A stretch of 64,000 nt of DNA from Octopus sinensis (Eukaryota): positions 11,098,001-11,162,000 of the forward strand of contig NC_043022.1 in the NCBI RefSeq assembly GCF_006345805.1. The letters run 5' to 3'. The position numbers and the translations under genes are program-made. The notes below the pieces were generated by a model that searched no databases, had not been told where the DNA came from, and saw only the letters and a program-made list of their open reading frames with translations. Positions 27,375 through 40,680 of the stretch are shown in pieces; the first letter of the stretch is position 1; each line of letters opens with the position of its first letter.

Positions 27375-27991
27375 GTAGCAAGCTGTCAGAATCGTTTAAA
27401 AATCAGACAAAATGCTTAGTGGCAATTTTTTTCTGATTCATTACAATCTAAGTTCAAATTCAGTCGACGCCAACTTTGCCTTTCATCGTTTTGGAGTCGA
27501 TGTAATCGGCTTATTCCCTGCCCTCAACATTACTGTTTTTGTGCCTAAATCGGAAACAATTTAAGTTGGCATAATTTTTAGAACCTCGGGAAAAATGCCT
27601 TCATGTTTTGTGTTCAAATTTCGCCGAGGTCAACTTTGCCTTGTACTGGTCTCGGTGGTATCGACTAACCTATGCCTTCAAAATCACTAGTCGTGTACCG
27701 TAATTAGAAGTTATTATTACTACTATTATTATGCCTTCAAAATTACTAGCCTTGTGCCGTAATTAGAAATTATTTAAAAAAACGGCGAGCTGGCAGAATC
27801 GTTAGCACGCCGGATGAAATGCTTAGCGGTATTTCGCCCGTCGCAACGTTTTGAGTTCAAGTTCCACCGTGGTCGACTTTGCCTTTCATTCTTTCGGGGT
27901 CGATAAATTAGGTACCAGTCGATGTAATCGACTAGTTCCCTCCCCCAAAACTTCAGGCCTTGTGCTTATAATAGAAAGGATTATTATTATA

Positions 27992-28032
<41 letters not shown>

Positions 28033-28254
28033 AGCAGCAAACTGGCAGAGTTGATGCCGCACCGAACAAAATGCTTAGAGGCACTTCTGATTTATATTCT
28101 GAATTCAGAATCTGTTGACGTCACTTTGCTTTCCATTCTTTAGATGGTCGATAAAGTAAGTATCAGTCGAAAACTGGAATCAATGTAATAAACTTGTTCC
28201 GCCCCCAAAATTTCAAGCCTTATGCCAATAATAGAAAGGGTCATTATTATTATC
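27340..28254 (+). mobile_element. Head-to-tail array of four SINE family B copies separated by (ATT)n
   Basis: Copies at about 27372-27560, 27563-27710, 27783-27980 and 28031-28254, each with the GTTCAAATT..CAACTTTGCC or related core. Tail duplication at 27731-27774. Confidence 0.85.
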
Positions 28255-28800
28255 ACGACTCACATCAATCTTGATGTTCTTCTGGGTTAGCTATATCATG
28301 TCTTGTCTTCCTGCAGCTTAGAGAAGCAACACTTTCCAGTGCACTGTTTCGAGTATGGCCGTCAACTAGGTACTTTCTGTGATGTCTAATAGTTCTAACT
28401 TTTCAAATTCCAAGTCTTAATAGCTTTCGGATTTCTCATTTTCTGTCTCCACCATGTTCTGATCCGCAGTTAGCGCCATGTCATTCAAGATCCATCCATA
28501 GGTCTTCTTCCGGGGGTAAGCGAGTTCTGGTCAATAATGCTGCATCTTCTAATCTGTGTGAATTGTCATATCCCATATGACTTTCACTTGCTCATTCTCT
28601 GCAACTGGCAAGGGTTTGTGTTCGTATCATTTGTCAGTAAACTGTAGCCCGGGTTCCCTGTACATCCTGCGCAATTTGTCCTGGCGTTTTCTGTACTCCT
28701 TTCTAGTCCAGTTTTGACCACCCACTAACTACAAGTCTAGTCGTTTCAGATTATTTTCTTCTCTTTTCTACCAGTCTTCCAAGTGCTGAAAAGGGAATAG
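28255..28800 (-). mobile_element. R4/Dong-type non-LTR retrotransposon, 3' fragment (restriction-like endonuclease region)
   Basis: VSGWSKL..EYRKRQDK...DK*YEHKPLPVAENEQVKVIWDMTIHTD...PEL matches the RLE region of R4-clade elements. The 3' end abuts TAATAATAAT on the element strand. Confidence 0.8.
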
Positions 28801-29624
28801 AGGTTCTATTCTTCTTCCTCTGCTTAAGTGATATAACAATAGGTTGGAGTTGAGCTTCACCAAATTGATTTTTCCAAGATACAACATATGAGGACAATTC
28901 TTTGGTGGTAGATCACTGGCTTACGAAACTCTCCACTCGCTAGAGCAGCAAAAGAAACAATTTGAAAATTGAAGTCTCCATATTAATGTGTCGATTCAAT
29001 AAATATTACTATTACTAATTTTTTTCGAACCATAGGTTGAATGTCTATGTTGTCGCTTGGTCTGCCAAACATTTCATTCGAATTACACCATACCGCCTCA
29101 AAAAGGAAAGGACACACTTGATAATATAGAATTTTGATTGAAAAATAAAGACAAGAAAATTATGGTTGGAATGTCAGCTGAATCAGGATTGACCTTGAAG
29201 TAAATAACATTTTCTTAAATAAGTCCTTAATTTTATTTTGTTGTGATATATTTTAAATTGAGAACTTGAGTAAATGAGTGATTTTCAAGCATTTGCAACC
29301 GTTCTCAGGCCGGAGACCTGGTTCCAATGCTTGCAACAAAGTGAACGCCACTAAAGGCAACCACCGTAATAGGGTTTAGCTCAGCACTGCAAGTTCATAA
29401 ACCACAGTCAACATTTACAGCGTTACCATTGCCGAGAATGACATACTGTTACCGACGCGTAGTATCTATTTCGATTAGGCTGATTGAGTAATTTAAAATT
29501 CATGCCTTGACTACATGTGCAACGTAGTGTCAATGGCAGGATTCAAATCGCCAATTTTTTTTTCTCGTAAGGTACTTTGTTGACTCGGACATTTGCCTTT
29601 CCCACTTATACTAAGAATGTTGTT

Positions 29625-29880
29625 GTTGTTGTTTAGCTCCATACCAGCTCTGATTGAACGAGCTGCCTCTAATAAACGTAATTTCTTCCAATCATAACCA
29701 TCCTATCTTTTTAGAAATATTTTAAAGACTATATTATCCAATGTATTTTCCTTTCCCAAAACAGTAATGTCATTTAAGGGAAAAATTCACTCTCGTTCCA
29801 AGCAGGTTGAACGAAATCAATTTTACGGTTTTTACTGATACTTTTGAGCCAACATTAGCCAAAATGGCAGCTAAATCACT
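29625..29880 (-). mobile_element. SINE family C
   Basis: (GTT)n tail, ATTATCCAATGTA core and CAGCTAAATC on the plus strand. Confidence 0.6.
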
Positions 29881-30189
29881 AACTACCCACTATCTTAGAA
29901 AGAGATAGGCGTTATAGATAGTTCTAGATAGGCGTTTCTGAATAGGTACAGAATGATTACAAGTTTTCTGGATCCTGATTGGAAACTGAAGAACAACTTA
30001 TAATTATCGAAATGGAGAAAAGCACAAAGGGGAAGTCGAAATCGGCAAAACTTAAACATACAGCGCGGAAGGTAGTTTGTTCTGTGTTATATTGCTGTTA
30101 TTTTGCCGTTCTATATTTTAAAATGAATAGGTTTTTAAATTAGACGTGAAAATTTATGCAAACGGGGTACAATTATAATGACTTATAGC

Positions 30190-30380
30190 TGTTTAGCCTC
30201 AAGGCAACTCTGATCCGACAGATCTATGATCAAAGTATAGCATTCATGACCTTTCCATATATTCTTTCTGAACGTACCGCAGAATGTTATTGAATATGAC
30301 CATTTTTTTAAACGGTCGGCTGAAATTTGAGACAGCATTAGTTGCTATTTCTAGAAGGTCTAGCGATTACACAGAGCAGC
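30190..30380 (-). mobile_element. SINE family C
   Basis: TTTAGCCTCAAGGCAACTCTGATC...TTGCTATTTCTAGAAGGTC matches the other copies. Confidence 0.65.
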
Positions 30381-33300
30381 GTTTCTCATCACATTTTCAT
30401 GAAAGTTATACAGTAAACCACAAGCATAAGGACTACAGCACAACATTTACTGTAAGTAAAAACAGGAATTATTTAATCAAGAATGTTATTAATTTTATTT
30501 AAGTTCTGAAAAATTTTCTTACTTATATATATTGAAAAGAAGGCTCGCAGAATATTATTGATACGACTGCAATGGTATAAACTGACATTGAAACACACAT
30601 AGACTCGTTATAATTATTTGCTCTGAAGCAAGTCAACGGTTGCAGTGAGATGTGAACTAGCAAGCCATGTCTCAGTGGTTTCTACCAATGGTTGTCTTTC
30701 ACACTTGAGATAAAGAATCTGTAACTAAGTAGTAGTAGTAGGACTCAGTTCATATAATTACAAATAGATCTACTCTCAACAGTATCGTTAATATTTAAAA
30801 AATCGAGTCACCACTTTGTCTGTGGCTTTTAGATTTAACAATCCCTGAAATGAGATTTTATCTACTAATTGTATGGGGTAATTTCATTTAATCAAAAGTT
30901 TCATAATACGTATGTGAAACGTTACAACATGCGTATTTCGTCTGCAGAAGTCTCAAGTGTGGTACATTCTTTCAACCACACCGCCGAAATCATAAATAAG
31001 TATGACTGTATACAAGGCAGAAAGTTTATCTTACCCTGCATTGTTCAGCTATGTAAATTGTTGCCATTTATGTTGAATAATTTGTTTATGACATCTATGG
31101 CCAGAATAAAAATATATAGTGCAAGAATAAAAATATACAGAAATGCTCATGCACGCGCACACATACACATAAATAGGCCCGCACATGCACTAGAGTTGCT
31201 CTCTCACATAAACTGCATACAAAGATAATGAAATGAGATATTTTACCCTTTTATTTTAATATTTCTACACGTAATTTTGGCTCTTTCCCTTATGTTGTCA
31301 TATGTTGATCATGATTGGTTTGTGCGAGTCTTGATTATGCTCACATGAAGTATTATATTGATACGGTACCGATAAAGCAACTTCGTTCACACAAAACAGT
31401 GAAATTACACAAATTGCAGCAAGGCAAATCTATAGCGTGAGAGCCAAGTTTATAGTAGGAACGACCACAGTTCAATGATTTAAATCAGTGAATGAAATCA
31501 AGCAATAGGAGTCGATGGTGCGTTCCTTGTCACTGGTGTTATACCGCATTTCCGCCAATCACATAAATCTTAATAGTGAAGTTTAACTGGCTGTAATCAG
31601 GTTCCTTGATCGAGCAATAAATTCTTCATAGTATAAACAGAGAAAGCGCAATAAATGAGGAGCGATTCGTTAACTTATAGTGATGGATATGGGTTTTTAT
31701 TAGTCAGCAGAATGATCATGTCGGTAGGACTTCCGTTGTATATCGTATCGAACGGTTTGATCATTATACCTTTAAAAGACAATGGTCAAAAGAGCAAACA
31801 CATCTATCGTAACCAAACGTTGAAATATGAGAAAATAAGGTAGTTGTATAAATCAAGATAAAAGTATAACGCAATAACAAATTAAGAAGCCTATTACTCA
31901 ATGACTTACATTTAAACAAAATACCCATTTATCTAAGCTGGTTTCTGTAAGATTGCAAACAGGAAACTAAGTTCTTTTTGCTTGTATCATTGAAACTTAC
32001 TAGTTGTAAAACAGATGGTTTCCAGACAAGTAGAACAATATTTTGTTTGAAAAGTTTTGTCTGAAGGATATCCTGCAGAATAATAGTTATATATATTTTT
32101 TGTTCTTTATAGCTATACGTTATAAAGAACAAATTATAAAGCTGGTAAATAACTTAGAGATGATACGCAGTGTATCTGTATTTCAAGAATTGCGCTTCTT
32201 TTGTATATTAACAACTGACGTTTTATTCTCGAGGCCATTTTTGAATAGTAAATCTTTCTAGCTGCCTGCCTGTCCGTCACCTCGCTCTCTTTCCCCGCAG
32301 ACGGGAATAACATGCAGGTTTATACACACACACAGACAGACAGACACACACAGACACACACACACACGCACACACACATATACACACACACACGTATTAT
32401 ATATAAAGAGAGAATATTCTCGGAAATATTTTTTCCTAACGTTTGTATTCAAGAAAGAAACAGCAAGATGAATGGGATATGTTGTCAGACACAAAATTCC
32501 TTTTCCAAATATCTGTATCAGAAACATATACTAACCGAAGTGTAATTGAAAACACTCACTCATATAACTCTCTCCCAAAAGTCGACGAAACTTAGTTTTG
32601 CCTGAGACCTTTGAATGTTAGCTTGATGTATTTCTTTCCAGCATCCCTCAGCTCACAAGTTCACCTCACCGTAAATGAACACCATGAATTGTCTTTGTTT
32701 ATCCCACTCTCAAGCCAGACTTGATCCACTAAACTTCTCATTAAAAACGCTCTAGCTGTCAACACTTTGTCTTTTTGTATATCACAGACACCACTGTCCA
32801 TTGTATTCTTCTTTAATATAGTACAGTGTAATTGAGGGAGATTTAGCTGCTATTTCTAGCAGGTTCACCGACAACGTAGAGTACATATGGGGACCCATTT
32901 TTAGTAGCAAGGTTGAATTGGAACCAAGGGTGAATTAAATGGTGATGGGAATGCTCACTACTGAAGCACTTTCCACAATAGGTTTTTTTCGACCAGGGGT
33001 GACTTGGAATTGAACAAGGTTAGCATAAACAGTCCACTTTCATTTGGCAAATAACAGTTAGAATCATTTACTTTGAGCGCCAATAGTATCTATGCAAAAA
33101 GACACACAAAATGAAAAAAAAAAAGAAAGAGATCAACAACAAAATTAAATGCTTCCTTCGCGTTGTTGTTTACTTTCGTGTTTATGTTGTGTAGATCTTG
33201 CTTCTTTTTCCATCTGAAATATCCCGGTGTTACTTTTGCAAAGAAAAATGGTTAGGATAAAATGGCTAGGATAAAGAACTAGACCCGAGTGACAAGATGT

Positions 33301-33649
33301 TTTATTTAAAACAGTGAGTCCAGCACGATACAATTTGTTGGACGTACCGTTTACTAAAACACACACTCATTCACTCACACGCTAGAAGGCCTTAGCTGTT
33401 GGGGAAGTTATAAGAATGTAAGCACATTCATTCAGTGCTATCGATGTTCAGAAGAAAGTGAGACAAAGAAACTCTGGGAGGCCGTTTTGCAGGTTGTTGA
33501 CAATTCCTCAGAGGGGACGTGCTCGAGTTACCTTCCCAATTGATAGCATAACGTCAGTAACCATCAAATGAAATTATACGGGGTGTAGTTTGGCGATGTA
33601 AAACTGGATCTCTACTTTTAAGGACCACCCCAACACTAATATTAGCGAG

Positions 33650-33870
33650 AACCATTGAAGGTTGCCTCCAAATAGTGGTTCAACAGCTCGAAATAGTAGT
33701 CAAATATCTCTTTGATAGCTCCCTACACTCTTAAATAAGGAAAAGAACAGGTTGGATAATGTAGTCCTTGGCATATGCTCCTAAAAAAAGAGAGATGATC
33801 ATTGCTAGAATACCTTTGATTATAGGCTACCGTCATCAGATTTGATGAACTGCAGCTGAGCAACAATTAC
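33650..33870 (+). mobile_element. SINE family C
   Basis: GAAATAGTAGTCAAATATCTC...GGATAATGTAGTCC...CCTTTGATTATAGG collinear with 21468-21665. Confidence 0.65.
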
Positions 33871-34466
33871 ATTACTAGCATTTACCAACATCAGATCAAA
33901 ACCTCAAGATTAATCTTAATTGAAAGCGATAAAACGTCCAGATGATGTCTATCTGGTTCAGATTACTGGAATGTTTACTGCTTTCAGTTTCTTGCATATC
34001 CTCCTAAAACAACAAGTGCCATTAATTAATGACCCTTCACACACACTCAGATGAGAATTTTCATCGGTACGTTTTTTTTAAAAAGCTTTGCAAGAAATAA
34101 GTGTAATAAAAGAAAATGAATTTGTTCTTCAAATGTTTTAAATGAAAAGGAAATGAAAGATTTTTTTAGAAATAATATTTTTTTTTCGTAGTTTGCTGAA
34201 AATAAATGGTCAGTGGTGGTGGCGGATATTCATTCTGGGTTTGGTTTTGAATTCTTGTTTATTTGAACGTTAAAAGTTAAAATTAAACACTCACTAACAA
34301 ATAAGTAACAAGCAAAAACCCAAAAGAAAAAAGAAAACTATACAGTACAACAAAAATTGGCACAAAGTTATGTAAGCTATCTGTTCTCAGAAAACTTGAT
34401 ATTTCAGAGGAAGGAAGTCGAGATAAAAGAAGACAAGGCAGCTGGATGATGGAAAATGACTGTGTA

Positions 34467-34512
<46 letters not shown>

Positions 34513-35066
34513 AGAGTGTGTGCGTATGTGTGTGTACATGCGTGTTCGTACACACACACAAAAATGTTCATTTAAACACATCACAGACATATACTTACTG
34601 GTCTACATGAGTAAACTTGAAAAATAAGCATATGTGTATACACACAGTACATTCTGTACCATACTACCTTCCTCCCACACTGACACTATATTCAGACAGA
34701 CGCCTACATACACAAAACGACACATATTAACAAAGCAATCAAATTAACAGTAGAAGTGGGAATGGACGGAATATATGACGGATTGGTATAAGTAAAGGGA
34801 AATGTAGCCCTATTCAAATCTGGCCTACAACCATTTCTTTCTTCTGATTTTTTTCCGAATTCAAATTCCTGTCAAAAGTTCTTTACATGAAGAATACTGT
34901 AAGAGTGAATCTCGAGTATTTATATGAGCCAATGTTTATTGTAATTCTTTGGGATATAAACGAATAGCAACTAAAATATGTTAAATCTAACACAACAATG
35001 TTTTTATTACTTTTCTGTACCCTCAGAATAGTTATTTTGATTTATTGAGAATAGTGATCTTTTATT

Positions 35067-35127
<61 letters not shown>

Positions 35128-35134
35128 TTTTATA

Positions 35135-35370
35135 CGTTGGATATAGAGATTTCACGAAGCGGGGTCAGATACAACTGTCTCCACACGACGTACTTCAAAT
35201 TACTCCACTAAACACGTTACTCCAATAAGTACAAACTCGCAACGACTTCCTACGACTTTCACAAACACTCAACGCCTCCTCCCATCTCAACCAATACACT
35301 ACTCTTTGTAAGAGTCCGGCTAGATCATTCTTCCAATCTCACAGGGGTGTCAATGACTCAAGCCACAACA
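35135..35370 (-). repeat. 3' LTR of the Gypsy element (about 236 bp)
   Basis: Starts TGTTGTGG immediately after the polypurine tract AAAGAGGGAGG (35371-35381) and ends ..ATCCAACG (TG..CA with one change). Confidence 0.65.
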
Positions 35371-36510
35371 CCTCCCTCTTTGAGATTTACTTCCTCGGGA
35401 AGTTTAATATTTCTTCCGTTTAGGCACTACTTCCAACCGTTCTGTTCATTTCTTCTTTTTTGTGCTGCTACACCTAGGTTTGACTTCTGGTGGCATTGGA
35501 ACATCAAGGGTGTTGTAGAGCACTTCCATGAGCATCTCTTTTCTTTTTTCCGTATATCTGTTTTCAATTGGTTTAACTGTCTTTTGTATTCCCATTTTTC
35601 ACCTCTTATCATATACGTCATTTTGCCTATTCGTTTTGCCACTACTCCGGCTTCCCAAACTTCTCTTCCATTTCTATGTATTTTGAAAAACACCTTGTCA
35701 CCGATAGTAAAATAATTTGTCGTATTTTTACTCTTTTCCCTATTTGTTTTTCTTAGTGGTAACAGCTTCTCAAAATTTGACTTTATTTTTCGAGCAAACA
35801 TTAGTTCTGCAGGCGACTTGCCTGTAGAAGTGTTGGGGTTTGGTGTTATCCTGTAAACCCTTAAGAATTGTGTTAATGTTGCATCATCGACAAGATCGTT
35901 TCTTGATTTCTTCAATGCTTTTTTAAATATATCCACGAACCGTTTCACCCGTTTGATCGTGGGTGATGTGGCGGAGTAGAGATGTGTTCAACTGTATACA
36001 TTTTACAAAAGATTTTAAATTCATACGCCGTAAACTGAGTACCGTTATCGGATATTATGGTATCCGGGACACCATATCTTGCAAAGAGTTCATGAAAAAA
36101 TTCTATTGTTACCGAAGAGGTTGGTTTCCTACATCTACATATTTCCGGCTACTTAGTATAACTATCTACTACAATCAGGTAATACGCGTAGTTTACTGGT
36201 ACAGCAAAATCTATATGAAGCCTGGTCAATGGATTGTCGGTTTAGGCCACGGTTGAAATTTTATCGGTGGTGACTTGGCTGTGAGGGTATAACATCTGCT
36301 GGATTTCACTGATTCTTTAATGTTACGATCCATTGTAGGCCAATATACGTAACTTCTCACTAGTGATTTCATTCCCGAAATCCCTGGGTGACCTGTATGA
36401 AATTCCCTTGATAAACGCCTTTGTAGTGCGGCTGGCACTACGACTCTTTGTACATACACCAACACATTGTCACACAGTGAGAAATGGTTCGCATTTGTGT
36501 TGCGCATATT
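35371..36510 (-). mobile_element. Ty3/Gypsy LTR retrotransposon integrase fragment (5'-truncated) with PPT
   Basis: HTGHPGISGMKSLVRSYVYWPTMDRNI (HHCC zinc domain) and ERFVDIFKKALKK..FLRVYRITPNPNTSTGKSPAELMFAR (core). Frameshifted. Confidence 0.92.
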
Positions 36511-36529
36511 TTCTCTAGCCTTCGGTGTT

Positions 36530-36790
36530 TATTTTATTTCAGTTCTATATTTAAGAGATGAAGAATTATGTACATGGAAAAATGGAGACCACCTCCCCCT
36601 GTGAGATGAAGTTAAAATAATAGACAGAGAACACCACTGGAAAATACAAAAACTAAAAGAAGCAGCACATATGCTAGGATACAACAACCTCCTAAGCAGA
36701 CCGAGTGCAGATATGAACAGCATATGTGAACCGGTATTATGGAAGGATAGGAGAATATTAGATTTATAAGCCCTAAAATTCATTCCATAA
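36530..36790 (+). mobile_element. Penelope-like element GIY-YIG C-terminal fragment
   Basis: From about 36578: ENGDHLPL*DEVKIIDREHHWKIQKLKEAAHMLGYNNLLSRPS, which fits the PLE endonuclease C-terminus (H...W..VKI.D.E..W..R..KEA.H). Confidence 0.65.
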
Positions 36791-36796
36791 TTGCCC

Positions 36797-36853
36797 ACGG
36801 GCATATGGCGTTGTGGCTAAGAGCGCGGGCTACTAACCCTAAGATTCCGAGTT
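36797..36853 (+). mobile_element. Isolated tRNA-like SINE head
   Basis: GGGCATATGGCGTTGTGGCTAAGAGCGCGGGCTACTAACCCTAAGATTCCGAGTT: A-box and start of B-box, then truncated. Not a complete tRNA. Confidence 0.6.
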
Positions 36854-36967
36854 ATGTAGTTTGAATGAGAAGCTGTAACTGAAGATTAAGATTATTAACC
36901 CCACAGAGAGAGGAAAAAGAGAGACAGCATTGCGATGGTTTTGACTGACTGTCATCCTGTACTCCCC

Positions 36968-37221
36968 TTGTTGCTAACAAAATGGCATGTGCCGGCTGTC
37001 TGAGCAACTGGTTGTTTTAATGGCGGAACAAACAGGACATTAAAGATTACAAAAATAGCGATTCTCACTTTGAAACTAACGATTTTGAAAAGCTTTTTAG
37101 ATTACGGATCACCCAGCTCTCTCATGTATCCATGTTTAAAATTTCAGCGCAATCGGATGAACAATACTCGAATTATAAGCGCACAAACAGACTGACGGAA
37201 CGGATTATATATATATATATA
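36968..37221 (-). mobile_element. Possible small non-autonomous Helitron
   Basis: Minus strand begins TATATATATAAT..GTCTGTTTGT..CCGATTGCGCTGAAATTT like the 40665 element; the 3' end is degenerate (GCCGGC...GTTAG). Confidence 0.3.
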
Positions 37222-37880
37222 TTATAAACACACATACACAATGTATGTGCCGTGCTTGTTCGCCGGTCGGCCGCGGTATGACTCGTAGGAGATGACTCTT
37301 TCAAAGCGCCGGTTGTTAAAACCCATGAACTCACCCGAAGTCCCATTCAGGAGAGATGGACATTGAAGTTTCGCAATTTTTATGGTTTATCAATATCACG
37401 TACCCGAACAGGATCGGAGGCAAATTAAATTTTAACGATTCACAACAAGTGGTTCAGTAGCGTTTCTATATCGATTAAATGATGAACAAATCCGCTTTCA
37501 TCGGATGAGGCGGTTGTGTATTGAATGGTTACTAGCCTTTTTGACGCCATATGGAACATTTGCTTATCTATGCTGAATCTACAAGGGTAGTTCTTTCTCT
37601 CACCTTTTCACCTTAATCCTTCTTCCTTTTTTCTCTCTGAGTTTTTGTCTTTCATTATCTTAAAGGTTCACTTTGAAGACAAATAAACTGTAATAGAGTT
37701 CTTTCAATATTTTACCGACTTTGATCTCTGCTCAATGTGTATATATTGAAGCCCATTAAATTCTTCATATCTCTTCCTCGCTTGAGCGATGCCAAACAAA
37801 TCTTTAAAATCCCTTTGTGTTCTTATATTATATAAACACCATGCCTAGAAATATCTCTGTAACTTATGTTGGATAATTAA

Positions 37881-37934
<54 letters not shown>

Positions 37935-39836
37935 GTGTGTGTGTGTGTGTGTGTGTGTATGAGAGATAAATGTCTGTGTGTATATCTGTATATGTACGCG
38001 TATAGTGTGTCGTATATATTTGGTACCTCAATAAATGTGGAGCTCGACTCATTCCCGGTGTCCTGAACAGTAAAGTACCTAGATTCTAAAGAATTCTGCA
38101 ACTGGTTTGTGAATACATACATACACGGTTTCATGGTCACTGAGCCGTCTTAGTTCTCTGAACCACAATGGTCAGACGTCCAAGTCTAAAATGTGGGATC
38201 AAATTCCGCTGACTGACTTTCACCTTAAACTACTCAGCACAGACAGGATAAAAAGCCTTACAGTTGAAGGATCAGTTTACATAGTCACCTGAGGGCGTAC
38301 CACTCATTCTGAATGAACTTCGGGTACAAAGAAACTTCCAATATACATACATACATACATACATACTACATACATACATACATACATACATACACACACG
38401 TTTGAGTGTGTGTGTGCCTGTGTGTGAGTAAGTAGAGAGAAGGAAGTGCAGCATTTCTTCATACTTAAGCTAAAGAGTGCAAGTCAGTCATATAATTAAA
38501 GTAGGGTGCAAACAGCATGCATGTACTCGCTTTCCAGCTGTCTCCGTAAATGATTTTGAAATTTATATAAAAATCGGATTTGTTACATTCATTTATAAAT
38601 ATTAGGTATTCCCTGCGTGTATCACACACGCACACACTGAAATATATAGCAAACCATCTAATTTTTATAAATAATTTCAAAGCTATAGTCAAAACAATTT
38701 TATTTATTTGCGGTTTTTTAGTTCAAATTATTGCACTTACAACAACAAAGAATGAGTCAGGCTTTCAAATGTATATTCAGCTATTTTGTGTTAATAAAAC
38801 GAAAATAAATTCCACCGGGAAGTAAAATTTATATCACATTAGACTAGTCATAATTTCACTTATTTTATAACAAAATATGAAATGATAAACGAGAAGGTCC
38901 AATTTAAATGATGTAATTGTGATCTTTCTTCCTCTGTAGGGTTTTTCCTGCCCCAGTTGACGCGGCGGCGCCAGACCATTCAGATACATCACGTTTGTTG
39001 GTGCCAGATTAATTATACATCTTTCCCTCCCCCAGCATCATCATCTCACACATGGTACTAGATAAAGGAGTTTCACGCTGATATCGGAATCGGCAACACG
39101 TGGGGGTATACTTACATTGATTCCAGAATTAAACAGTTAAACATATTTATTACCTAGATTAAACACCTCAACACGACTACATACATTAAAGAGTATATTA
39201 AACATAACCACATTAGTAGCCCCACGTTAGCTTCATAACCGGCTACTTCCTTGTTGGGTTAATATGTATCCGTAGACTACCTCTGCAGTCCAAGCTACAT
39301 CGTGTATTCCGTCTCCCATGAGGAAGGTGTTCTCTCATTCGGTTATCAGCAACAAAAACGAATATACTCTGACTTGAAGTCTGTCTAACTCATCAATCTA
39401 GGTTTTCTCTCCGAAATATCCAACAGCTACTAGCGCAGCTATTTCCCGTTCTTCAATGAATATTTCTATCGTAGCTCACCTCACCCTAAAGGAATTTCTC
39501 TTGATTACCCTGCATTCGTCTAAAATTTTTATCGCGCTCTTATCTCGATCATACACACACACACACACACAAATATATATACAAATATATATACTTGATT
39601 TGCCCCTCGCGGGAAATATGTCATCAGAGGGGAGAGGATCATTTTTCATACAAGTTTGAAGATCCTGTATAGTTTATTCTTAATTTACACAAATTTTAAT
39701 TCTTTTTTTTTTTTTGTTACAAAATAAAATCCTTCAAACTTTTTCTTTCCTTGTGGTCTCGGTAACAGCATATAATATACTCGTAATATAATATATACGT
39801 ATATATAGAAAATAGAGGTGTTCGCGTACGCAGGGA

Positions 39837-40073
39837 GGCTGTGAAGATAGCTAAAAAAATCGGGTAAATACTCTGAAGAAGATAGAAAAAGTCGCCAGCA
39901 AGCCACCACAAGGAATTAAACCCTGTACCTTTTAAATTCTCTTCGCTTAATGCTTAGACCGCTCAAATGAAATTTAAAAGACGCATTGTTCGATTCACTG
40001 TGGAGGCTTGCCAGCGACTTTTTCCGTCTTCTGAAGAGTAATTACTCGTTTCTTTAAGCTGTCCTCACACCAC
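39837..40073. mobile_element. Foldback/MITE-like palindromic element
   Basis: Imperfect inverted arms 39837-39945 and 39965-40073 (e.g. GAAAAAGTCGCCAGCAAGCC versus GGCTTGCCAGCGACTTTTTC) with a short loop. Confidence 0.7.
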
Positions 40074-40089
40074 TTATCAGTTTATATAT

Positions 40090-40090
40090 C

Positions 40091-40137
<47 letters not shown>

Positions 40138-40171
40138 TCAATAAATGGGGGGATAATATATATATAATAAA

Positions 40172-40220
<49 letters not shown>

Positions 40221-40221
40221 A

Positions 40222-40262
<41 letters not shown>

Positions 40263-40414
40263 TATATAATATTATAAATAAATATATATAATATATATAT
40301 ATATAAATATATATATATATAAATAAATAAATATATATAAAATATACATATATATATTATATATAATAAAATATTATATATATAATAAATATATAATATA
40401 TATGTATATATAAA

Positions 40415-40445
<31 letters not shown>

Positions 40446-40465
40446 AATATATTATATATATAAAT

Positions 40466-40497
<32 letters not shown>

Positions 40498-40498
40498 G

Positions 40499-40557
<59 letters not shown>

Positions 40558-40585
40558 ATATATATATATATAAATAATATTATAT

Positions 40586-40664
<79 letters not shown>

Positions 40665-40680
40665 ATAATATATATATATA
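40090..40680. repeat. Degenerate (TA)n/(TAAA)n tract
   Basis: Direct inspection. Confidence 0.97.

Noticed and set aside
34599-34615. 17-nt minus-strand microexon candidate (TTTTCAAG|...|GTAAGT)
   Set aside because: No partner exons in compatible phase; such signals arise by chance in AT-rich DNA.
36797-36853. Possible tRNA gene
   Set aside because: No T-arm completion or acceptor stem; it is a truncated SINE head.
37337-37365. Minus-strand ATG...GG|GTGAGT (MSISPEWDF) beside a small GC-rich patch
   Set aside because: Weak start context and no downstream exon identified.
38940-39060. Acceptor plus GC-rich exon-like stretch
   Set aside because: Phase 0 has an immediate stop, the other frames are unrecognised and the donor is poor.
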